A program made the translations under genes and the position numbers. From contig JBPCMI010000140.1 in NCBI GenBank assembly GCA_051002415.1, positions 363 through 64,362 of the forward strand: a DNA stretch of 64,000 nt, given 5' to 3'. The stretch comes from Pyrinomonadaceae bacterium (lineage in GTDB: Bacteria > Acidobacteriota > Blastocatellia > Pyrinomonadales > Pyrinomonadaceae). The notes below the pieces were generated by a model, which saw only the letters and a list, made by a program, of their open reading frames with translations, was not told where the DNA came from and did no database searches. Shown in pieces: positions 54,085-62,570 of this stretch; the stretch's first letter is position 1; the number at the start of each line of letters is the position of its first letter.

Positions 54085-57000
54085 TTACCCGTTGACTGCG
54101 GCTACGCCAAGTGGCGGGGGTCGCGAGATCCGATGCGGCATGGCTTGCCGGCCCGCATAACAGATGCGCAGAAAACTGCACATGCCGCAATGTCGCGCCG
54201 GGCGCACGGGAAAATCTTCCGGACCACACGAGTTGATGATCTGGCGCATCGCCTCGTCAAGCGACGTCGCGCATACTTCCGGAGTCAGCATTTCCGGCGC
54301 AAGCCTCCATTCAACATTCGGATGGAGAAAATGAAGCGTTGCCCGGATGCGACAGCCATTCTTTATCAACTCCGGCATCAGCTCGTAAACCGCGAGCGCG
54401 TAAGCCTGCATTTGCAGTTGGTAGTCAGAAGCAGCAACCCGGACTTGCTCAGCGATTGAAGAGCCTGTTTCGAATTCAACGTCAACAACTTCCCGTGGCT
54501 TTGCTTCAGAGAACTCAAACGCAAATTGATTCCCAGTAGCTTTTGATTGCGCTCGACTTCGTTTCCCTTTGATCCCCGCGCTGGTTAACGGCGGGGGTTC
54601 GTCAACCAGCTGATTAATCGCGGCGTCACGCTTCAAAGTCGCCGGTTGATTCATTCGATTAGTTTTGAAGTCGATAATTTCGATCTCAAAACCGTCACCG
54701 TCGCCCGCCGGAAAAATCAACAGCTTATCAATCGTGCCTGTCAGGATTCCCCACGGCCGCCGCAGTCGAAAACTCAGTTCGCTCCAAAGGCCCGCCGCAG
54801 CCGCCGGCTGCGTGTTTGGTTTCGCACTTACTTTTCGAATCGCTTCGGCGCGGGAAAACACAGCACTCGAAAGATAGTTTTGCGCAAGCGGCCATAGCTC
54901 CTTCAGCGCTTCTGCTTCGTTTATGTCTTCCAGGCGATCAGCCAGTTGCGCCAGCCGAGCCCGAATCACGTCGGCAAAACTTAGTTTCAGTCTTTCCTTA
55001 GGATCATCACCCTGGGAATAGGTTTCGCAGAAACGGTGAATCACCGCGCCTTTCAAAGTCGCGTTTAGATTTGCAGGTGGCTCAGGCGCTTCGGCGTTGT
55101 TCCAAACGGCGAGCTCGTCGACAGACGGCACACGCAGAACCCGATCGAAATAGTACTGGCGCGGGCAACGCTGATAATTGATCAGCTGCGTCACGCTGAG
55201 CCGTTGCTGCGCATCGCTGTCAGCGGGCGCGATCGAATGCATCAAGGGAAACGCTTCAGCCAACGACCCAACGGACTCGGGAATGGGCGGCTCGCTGGCA
55301 ACGATCCCCTCGGGCACCAATTCTGCACTCGTGACAGGATTGAGCGATAGCCTTAACTCGACACCCTCGGCTAACGCTACAACTCCGCTTTGCGATCTCA
55401 ATCCCAGGTCAAGCGATTGCCAAATCCACCGCAACCACGTTTCGGGTTTTGCGTTGAGACTGTCGAGGTCCTTAGTGGTCCCGGAAAAAATCAAACGATC
55501 CTCAGCGCGAGTGGCTGCGACGTACAGCAACCGCATGCTTTCGAATTCTTCACGCCAGGAGTTGCGTTGCTCGAAGGTGGTGAAGCTGAAACCTGCAACC
55601 AGGTTGCTGCGCCCGTCAGGCACCTTCAGTGTTAACCCGCGATGGCGGTCAAGCAGAAACCAATTATCGGGCACGCGCGAGTAACGTTGCAGCTCGGGAA
55701 TAATAACGATCGGAAACTCGAGTCCCTTGGCCTGGTGTATCGTCATCAGTCGCACGGCGTTGGCGGCTTCGTCAATTTGTCCCTCGCTTTCGCGACTGCC
55801 GATCGCTTCAAAATCTTCAACGTAACGAACAAAATCACGAATTAGATAATTGCCTGATTGCTCGAAACGCGCCGCGAGAGTGTAAAGGCGTTCGACGTTT
55901 GCCAGACGCTGCGCGCCATCAAAGTTAGCAGCAATCACCGTCTGGTATTCTGAGCGCTCAACCGCATAGCGCAAGAGATCGTCGAGAGCGTAATGGTGGC
56001 GCCGCTTCACCAGCTCACTGATAAAACCGGCCGCGCGTTCCAGCAGCTCATGTTCGGCTTCGTCGATGAAAGCGATTTCGCGATGACGTTGTAGTGCTGT
56101 AAAGAGCCGCCGCGTGTTGTTGAAGTGATAAAGCGGGTCGCCAGTCTCGGCATCTTTGAGCCACGGCGCACAACGCAGCGCGAGGAGCGCGTTGTCTGAA
56201 ATGCCGACGAGCGGTGAGCGAAGCACTGCGGCCAGCGCCAATTCATCTGTCTTATTGTCGAGGAAGCGCAGCAACTGAACCAAATCAGTAATTTCTTCGC
56301 GCGCATAAAAGCCGCGACCGAGCACGGTTTGGTAAGGAATGTTGGCGCGTCGAAAGACCGACTCATACGTTGATACGTTTGTAAGAGCGCGAAACAAGAG
56401 GGCGATATCGCTGTATTTAGCTCCCTGAGTTACGAGCGCGCGAATTCTTTGCGCCAGTTGTTCAGCATCAATTTCGCGCGAGCTCAGTTCGGCGCGCGGA
56501 TCGCTATCCGCGTCTGCGTCCACGGCTGTCTCTGTGGAAGCGAGAAGTTCGACGAGCGGACCGTCCGCGGTAAGTTCGCGTTTCGCTTGGCTCGGTTCAT
56601 GAGCGACATAACCAAGCTCTTCGCGTTCCCTGGCGTTGACTGGATCGCGCGGTTCGAACAAGCGCGCGAAAAGATAGTTAAAGAAATGGACTAACGGAGG
56701 TTGACTGCGAAAGTTGAGCAAGAGCGCCTGCGATACGCCACCGGCTTTAATCAGCGTGTCAGTCATCGCGCGAAAGACATCAACGTCCGCCCCGCGAAAT
56801 CCATAGATCGATTGTTTGCGATCGCCGACAATGAACAGGTTGGCTCGTTCTCGCCGGCTGATCTGTAGCGCTAGCTGCTCCAGCAATCGTCGCTGCAGAG
56901 TGTTAGTGTCCTGGAATTCATCGACCAGGAAAAACTTGTAACGCTCAGCGGCGCGCGTAATCACTTCCGGCCGCTCGAGCAGTGCAAGCGCTTTCAGCTC

Positions 57001-58014
57001 CAAATCAGCAAAGTCCAGGGCCGATAGTTTGTGTTTTTCTTCCTCGAGTCTCTCGTCGACGCGAAGCAGCAGCTGGATCAACTCCAACGCATACTCCTGC
57101 GCGAACCGATCAAGACATAATTGCGGCACTCGGCCTGCCAGGTCTTTTTCCCAGATCAGTTCATCGAGCGTCTTCACGCCTTCGGTAAAAAGTCCTTGCG
57201 CGTTCGGTCTTAGCTTGCGGAAGTCGGCTACGGCGCGGCAATAGTCAGCCAATGTTTCCGGCGTCGGAGCTTTTCGCAGCAGCTGCTCCAGCTCAGACCA
57301 GGCCTTGATTGCCTTCCTTTGTTTCTCAATCTGCGCCGCAGTGGTTGCGCGAATAGCTGAGAACCTCTTCATCGCCTGGGACAACTCGGCAAGCGCGTTG
57401 GTGTGATCTTCCTCGCTAACGTGCGTTGCAGCGGTCTTCACTGCGAGTTCAGTAAGCGCCAGCCCCTGGCCGCGAACATCTCGATAAATTTGTGCAATGG
57501 CTGTAGCCAAGCGGCCGCGGCCCACACCGAGGGTCAAACGCGAGATCTTAACCTGGCCAAGGCTGATGAACTCGTTTAGTACCTCTTCGACGACGCCTTC
57601 GAGCAGCATCGCCGAGCGGTGTTCGTCGAGAAGCAGAAACTGCGGATCGACACGAGCCTCAACGGGAAACTCGCGCAAGAGGCGGGAGCAGAAACCATGA
57701 ATCGTTGTGATCACGGCGCCATCAAGCGTTCGTTTGTAGCCGAGCAACTGCTGACGCTTGTCGCTAGCTGCGTTATGCAGAAGTTGGTCGAGTTGCTCGC
57801 GAAGTCGCTCGCGCATCTCGTTGGCGGCACGGTTGGTGAAAGTGATCGCGACTATTTGATCGATTGAAAGGTCGTGCTTGAGGAGAATGTGCAGGTAACG
57901 CTCGACGAGCACGGTCGTCTTGCCGGAACCCGGTCCAGCCGTTACCGAAACGTGACGGTCAACCGTGTAAGCGGCAGCAGTTTGCTCTGGTTCGAGTTGT
58001 CGTTTCGTTTTCAT
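54085..58014 (-). CDS. addA: UvrD/Rep-type helicase fused to a C-terminal PD-(D/E)XK nuclease (AddA/AdnB-like)
   Basis: TAGPGSGKTTVLV (Walker A), LVDEFQDTN (motif II), IHQAKGLEF. C-terminal nuclease region with IDFKT and a CGMCSFLRIC Cys cluster. Start set to MKTKRQ (58014). Confidence 0.8.
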   Translation of the reverse strand: MKTKRQLEPEQTAAAYTVDRHVSVTAGPGSGKTTVLVERYLHILLKHDLSIDQIVAITFTNRAANEMRERLREQLDQLLHNAASDKRQQLLGYKRTLDGAVITTIHGFCSRLLREFPVEARVDPQFLLLDEHRSAMLLEGVVEEVLNEFISLGQVKISRLTLGVGRGRLATAIAQIYRDVRGQGLALTELAVKTAATHVSEEDHTNALAELSQAMKRFSAIRATTAAQIEKQRKAIKAWSELEQLLRKAPTPETLADYCRAVADFRKLRPNAQGLFTEGVKTLDELIWEKDLAGRVPQLCLDRFAQEYALELIQLLLRVDERLEEEKHKLSALDFADLELKALALLERPEVITRAAERYKFFLVDEFQDTNTLQRRLLEQLALQISRRERANLFIVGDRKQSIYGFRGADVDVFRAMTDTLIKAGGVSQALLLNFRSQPPLVHFFNYLFARLFEPRDPVNAREREELGYVAHEPSQAKRELTADGPLVELLASTETAVDADADSDPRAELSSREIDAEQLAQRIRALVTQGAKYSDIALLFRALTNVSTYESVFRRANIPYQTVLGRGFYAREEITDLVQLLRFLDNKTDELALAAVLRSPLVGISDNALLALRCAPWLKDAETGDPLYHFNNTRRLFTALQRHREIAFIDEAEHELLERAAGFISELVKRRHHYALDDLLRYAVERSEYQTVIAANFDGAQRLANVERLYTLAARFEQSGNYLIRDFVRYVEDFEAIGSRESEGQIDEAANAVRLMTIHQAKGLEFPIVIIPELQRYSRVPDNWFLLDRHRGLTLKVPDGRSNLVAGFSFTTFEQRNSWREEFESMRLLYVAATRAEDRLIFSGTTKDLDSLNAKPETWLRWIWQSLDLGLRSQSGVVALAEGVELRLSLNPVTSAELVPEGIVASEPPIPESVGSLAEAFPLMHSIAPADSDAQQRLSVTQLINYQRCPRQYYFDRVLRVPSVDELAVWNNAEAPEPPANLNATLKGAVIHRFCETYSQGDDPKERLKLSFADVIRARLAQLADRLEDINEAEALKELWPLAQNYLSSAVFSRAEAIRKVSAKPNTQPAAAAGLWSELSFRLRRPWGILTGTIDKLLIFPAGDGDGFEIEIIDFKTNRMNQPATLKRDAAINQLVDEPPPLTSAGIKGKRSRAQSKATGNQFAFEFSEAKPREVVDVEFETGSSIAEQVRVAASDYQLQMQAYALAVYELMPELIKNGCRIRATLHFLHPNVEWRLAPEMLTPEVCATSLDEAMRQIINSCGPEDFPVRPARHCGMCSFLRICYAGRQAMPHRISRPPPLGVAAVNG

Positions 58015-58078
58015 TAGCGGCTCAAGTACAACCTGCCGTATTCCGTGCGGGCAAATCAGATCGCAAGTCTCCACATTT

Positions 58079-58266
58079 CAGCGCCAAGACGCCAAGTCGC
58101 CGGGACGCAAAGAGGATTGTCTAAGGATCGCTCGTATCGCGTTTCTGGTTTCTTGCTCATGTCGAGTTTCTGGTTCTTGTTTGTCCGCCAAGGCTAATCA
58201 CTCAATCGTACTGCTTTGCCTTCCAGACGCGTCTTGGCGTCTTGGCGTCTTGGCGTCTTGGCGGTA
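58079..58266. repeat. IR-flanked GCCAAGAC element (copy E) between addB-like and addA-like cistrons
   Basis: Left arm cagcgccaagacgccaagtcgccgggacgcaaagagga. Right arm ctttgccttccagacgcgtcttggcgtcttggcgtcttggcgtcttggcggta. Confidence 0.6.
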
Positions 58267-58369
58267 AAAATGTTGAGCGACTTGGCGGACAAATGTTTGA
58301 GACGCGCGACTCGATTCTAACGCTCGGAAGGCGGCAAGCCGTTACTGACTACTTACCCACTCCTGACTC

Positions 58370-61300
58370 CTAACTCCTGTCTCCCGACTCCTGTCTCCTG
58401 CCTCCTGACTCCTGTCTTTTCTTCCTTTCGATGCGATAGGTGTCGTAACGACAGACCGCGGCGAAGTCACAGAAGCGGCAGGTCTTCAGCCTTTGCGAGG
58501 GGTCGACGCGAAAATCTCCGGCACGGATGTCGTCCACGAAATCCCAAATCTTCGCGAGGGTCGCTGCGCGGATTCGTTGCCACTCCTCGTCGCTAATCAG
58601 AGATTTCACGCTCGGATGAAGTCCCGATTGTTCGATGAAGGTTTTGCGGTGCAAGCCCTTGTTGCGCCGTTCTGTGCCACCGCGAATGACGTAATAACCG
58701 CCGCCCGCAACTTCCTGATTCGGAAAGATCAACTTTTCCAAAGCTTCGATATAAATCGGCAATTGCAGACTGCGACCCGCTTCCATGTCCACCATCGACG
58801 AGCCGGTCGAGAGTTTGTAGTCATAAGCAATCAGTGTTTGCTCCGCGCTGATATCTACGCGATCGATTTGTCCGCTTACTTTTATCGTTTCGGAGCCGAC
58901 GAAGGTGGAACGAGTCAGCTCGAGCGGTTCAGCTTTCGAATCTGGATCTTTGGCGCCACCCGACTTTAAGCCAAACGATACTTCGAAGTAGGCCGGCAAA
59001 ACTGCATGACCAGAGGCTTTGCCCTGCATCTCCAACTCATACAGCAGCACCTGATCCAGGAGAATCTTTCGGATCTCCTGGTCGATCTTCCAGATTTGTT
59101 TATTGAGCGCCGGCACCACGTCTTCATGTTCCTTGAAGACTTTATCCGCGAGCTCTCGCAATTCTTTTTGGAGGGCGGCACGGTCAAACTGCTCCAGCGG
59201 TTGCCGCCGATGTGTTTCGAAGAAGCGTCGCAGAATATCGTGCAGCAGCTTGCCGGCATCGATTGCCTGCAGATCGAGCGCCGCCTCGCCGCGCGGCTCC
59301 AGTTTCAGAACGCGCTGGCCGAAAAACTTGTAAGCGCAGTTGCCATAGACACTCAAACCACTAGCGCTGTGAACAAAGTCCTGCCCGAATTTTTGATTCA
59401 GGAGCGCAACGAGATGGGGATCGGTGATGTTGCCATCGTAAGGTCCGAACGCTGAGCCCGCCCGTTCTCGTTCGATCTCGATGCGCCGGAGGGCGCCGTC
59501 GCTGACGAAACCATCATTGCGCGCGAGAGTAAGAAACTTCTGGATGCGTGGCTGCGGCAACAAGTTTTCAATGTCTACTTTGCGTAGTTGCCGTTCCTGT
59601 TGGCGCACGAGGGCGGTGCTAAGTTCGCTGTTGCGCGAGATCTGAGCCAAGCACTTGCCATCATAGTCGCGGCGAATTGTTTCGCTTTCGATTTTAAGCG
59701 GCGCCACTGCGCGTCGCAGCTCATCAATGTAATAAGAGGCCACCGTTTCCGAATCGTCTGGCAGAACGAGAGGCCGCGTTAGGTAAAGCTTCTCAGTTGC
59801 ACGGCAGGCCGCTTGATAAAAATAATGCTCCTCCTTCAAGAGGGTCGCCGGCGAAATGTCTTCAAGAGTCAAACCGTATTGTTTCAATCGCTCCCGTTCT
59901 TCATGCGGATAGATCCAATCGCGCGAGGCGCGCAAGGGGAAACCGCCTTCGATCAAACCCGCGAGGAAAACTGCGCGAAAGCGGAGACCGCGCACGTCGG
60001 TGGCTTCAAGGACGCGCAAGCCGCGCGCATTCGCCGCGCGCGTCAGTTGCGATTGAGATGTGAGAGAACGGCGTACCTCTTCGATAAAGGCTGCCAGCCG
60101 CGTTTCTACTGAGGGCGCAACGGAAGTCCACACGATCTCAATCGCTTTAATCGCGGCCACGAACGCGCGTCGCAGCGCCTCCAGGCTGTTAAAGTTGAGC
60201 ATCGCCTGCGGCAGCTCGTCATCTGCAATATCATCTTTTACGGGCCGCGCAATCTGCTCAGCAAAAGACAATTTGTCGAAGAGGCGGACCAGTTCACGGC
60301 GTAAGCCAACCGGACGGCCGGCCAGGGGAACTGCGCGGATGTGATTGGCAAACTGCTCGATCACCAGGAGCGCCCAGAGGATTGCCGCGGGATGAACATC
60401 GCGAGATGGGCGACGCTTTTTCTCAACGTTCTTCTCTTCCAACTTCGCGGTTTCGGCATTCTCAACTTGATCCGCTTCGTCGGGATCGCGCGCTTGTTCA
60501 GTGGATTCAATATTGAGCAATTCGCGGGTGGCGGCGGCGCCGGGCAGTTTATTGATTAATTGCTCAGCCCGCCTTGACCACTCACTCAACCGCAGCTCGC
60601 TGCCAACGAACGCAAAGGTGTTTTCCAGCGCATCTGCATCCCAGGTGCCAATGCGATGGCGCGTGCGCAACTTCTCGCGCAGGTCTCCTTTTGCTTCGGC
60701 TAGGCCGGGTAACAAGTTTATGCCCTCGGCTTCGAACCGTTGCGTTAGTTTTTCGATTTCTTCGCTACCCAGCTTGAAGTATTCCGACTTGATCAAATCG
60801 GCCAGTTCAGACACTCGCGGGTTAACCGGCTCATCTGGAGCGAAACTCTCCAGGACTTCGAAAAGTTTTAAGGCCGCGCGCAGCGCCGGAATGTCTTTCA
60901 CGTCAACTCGCGCTTCGAGATTGCAACTGAGTGACTCTTCGCGCAGCACGCGCGCAATGGTTTCGGAGTACGCAGCGCGCTGGCGCACCACGAGGGCGAT
61001 GTCCGACAGCGCGAACCCGTCGCGCAACACCAGCTGCTTGATCTCTTTCGCGATGGCGCGAATTTCGGTATCGCGATCGCCACATTCGAGATAGCGCACC
61101 TCAGCTGCGGTGCCGGCCTGGTCGGGTTCTGTAATTTTCGTGTCGAGCTGCGGATTGAAGAGCTTTTGCCGCAAGCCCGCGAGCGCCCCTTGCGCTGCAG
61201 TTTCTGCGCTGCTGAATTTGCGCTCGAACGGCTCGATGCTCGTTAGGTGATCGATGGTGTCTTGAAAAGGAAGAAAGATATCCGGATTGCGTTGGTCGTG

Positions 61301-62092
61301 GTTGAGATTCACGACAACGTCGGGCACACGAGGAATCAATTGCCGCAAAATCTCACCCTGAATTGGCGTGAAGTCGAAGAAGCCATCGAGGACGAGTAAT
61401 TCGACATTCTCCAGCCACGGAAGCCTGACGGGTTGACCATCGAGTTCGCCGTTGAGTACTGCGAGCGCCCGCAGTTGATCTGCATCTGCCTCAGTCAGTT
61501 TGGATTCGCGCAGAAAGTCAGAATAAGTTGCGTAAATCAGAGCGACTTCTTGATCAAAGTCGATTTGTTGCGCGAGGCCTTCGGTAACATCACCGTTGGG
61601 CGCGATATCAGCGTGCCGGGCAGCGATGATTTCAGTGATCGCCTGGGGCGTTTTCCCGGCACGTTCAATTTCGCCGATCAAAGTAGTGATGGTGTTGACG
61701 CAGCCTTCGCGACGCGCCAGGGGACCGATAGCTTTGAGCTGTCCGTTGGCGGAAAGGCGTACCAGGATTTGGGAAATAAGACTGCGTTTTAGAGGCAGCT
61801 CGTCCTGATCGATTGGCAGGCGCGGCGGCAAATTTTGTCCGCGATCGTCCCGGGCACTACTCAAGACTCGCCGGACGAAACCGCGGAAGAGGTACACAGG
61901 AAGTTCATTCCAGAGTCCGCGGTTCTTAACCCCATCGAGAATTCCCTGAGTCACTAATTCGAGGAGTGGATGCGAGGCTGCGAGGTAGAGAAACCGATCG
62001 GATTTCTGATCCGCCACGAGATCGGCGCAACGTTGAATTAAGCGCGAGCGATTACTGCCCAGAAGGGGGCCTAACCAAAGCTCTTTTGCCAA
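58370..62092 (-). CDS. addB: AddB-like helicase-nuclease subunit (PD-(D/E)XK nuclease with C-terminal Cys cluster)
   Basis: Large UvrD-like fold without an obvious Walker A. C-terminal nuclease motif GQIDRVD...IAYDYKLS and CRFCDFAAVC. Directly upstream of the addA-like gene. The last ~15 codons are encoded by a heptamer array. Confidence 0.75.
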   Translation of the reverse strand: MAKELWLGPLLGSNRSRLIQRCADLVADQKSDRFLYLAASHPLLELVTQGILDGVKNRGLWNELPVYLFRGFVRRVLSSARDDRGQNLPPRLPIDQDELPLKRSLISQILVRLSANGQLKAIGPLARREGCVNTITTLIGEIERAGKTPQAITEIIAARHADIAPNGDVTEGLAQQIDFDQEVALIYATYSDFLRESKLTEADADQLRALAVLNGELDGQPVRLPWLENVELLVLDGFFDFTPIQGEILRQLIPRVPDVVVNLNHDQRNPDIFLPFQDTIDHLTSIEPFERKFSSAETAAQGALAGLRQKLFNPQLDTKITEPDQAGTAAEVRYLECGDRDTEIRAIAKEIKQLVLRDGFALSDIALVVRQRAAYSETIARVLREESLSCNLEARVDVKDIPALRAALKLFEVLESFAPDEPVNPRVSELADLIKSEYFKLGSEEIEKLTQRFEAEGINLLPGLAEAKGDLREKLRTRHRIGTWDADALENTFAFVGSELRLSEWSRRAEQLINKLPGAAATRELLNIESTEQARDPDEADQVENAETAKLEEKNVEKKRRPSRDVHPAAILWALLVIEQFANHIRAVPLAGRPVGLRRELVRLFDKLSFAEQIARPVKDDIADDELPQAMLNFNSLEALRRAFVAAIKAIEIVWTSVAPSVETRLAAFIEEVRRSLTSQSQLTRAANARGLRVLEATDVRGLRFRAVFLAGLIEGGFPLRASRDWIYPHEERERLKQYGLTLEDISPATLLKEEHYFYQAACRATEKLYLTRPLVLPDDSETVASYYIDELRRAVAPLKIESETIRRDYDGKCLAQISRNSELSTALVRQQERQLRKVDIENLLPQPRIQKFLTLARNDGFVSDGALRRIEIERERAGSAFGPYDGNITDPHLVALLNQKFGQDFVHSASGLSVYGNCAYKFFGQRVLKLEPRGEAALDLQAIDAGKLLHDILRRFFETHRRQPLEQFDRAALQKELRELADKVFKEHEDVVPALNKQIWKIDQEIRKILLDQVLLYELEMQGKASGHAVLPAYFEVSFGLKSGGAKDPDSKAEPLELTRSTFVGSETIKVSGQIDRVDISAEQTLIAYDYKLSTGSSMVDMEAGRSLQLPIYIEALEKLIFPNQEVAGGGYYVIRGGTERRNKGLHRKTFIEQSGLHPSVKSLISDEEWQRIRAATLAKIWDFVDDIRAGDFRVDPSQRLKTCRFCDFAAVCRYDTYRIERKKRQESGGRRQESGDRS

Positions 62093-62157
62093 AGCAACTC
62101 CGTAAGACTGAGATGACGTGATGGAAGTTTAGCAGACGGAGCGAGAAAGTCTTTACC

Positions 62158-62445
62158 ATTGCCAATTGGCGATGATCTCGATTGCCGATTGCCAATTGCC
62201 ACTTGACTGCTGTTTGCAGTGACATTCACCGCCAAGACGCCAAGACGCAAAAGCGCAAAGGAAGTATAAACAGCTGAAATGAATCATCTTCGAAAAGGAA
62301 AAAATCTTAATGCTTTCGAACTTTCTTTTCCTTGGCGTCTCTGCGTCTTGGCGCCTCAGCGGTTAATGCTGAGCCCGCGACTTGAGTGATCACCAATCGC
62401 CAATCGGCAATTGGCAATTGGCAATCGAGATCAATTGCCAATCGC
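62158..62445. repeat. Composite nested inverted repeat (copy B of the MITE-like family inside CAATTGG/CAATCGG arrays)
   Basis: Outer arrays at 62158-62200 and 62393-62445. Inner arms at 62227-62264 and 62325-62363. I estimate by eye that the core 62265-62325 is about 75% identical to the reverse complement of the core at 47688-47751. Confidence 0.6.
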
Positions 62446-62570
62446 TTCCCTTGCGCCTGCTTTGCGGCCTAAGCTAAGCTTTCGCCACTTCGTTACTGAG
62501 AATGTGTTTGCTCTGGTCTCCCCAGGCTGGCGCCAGAACCCCAAACCACTGCATGCGGACCCGTTCGTCT

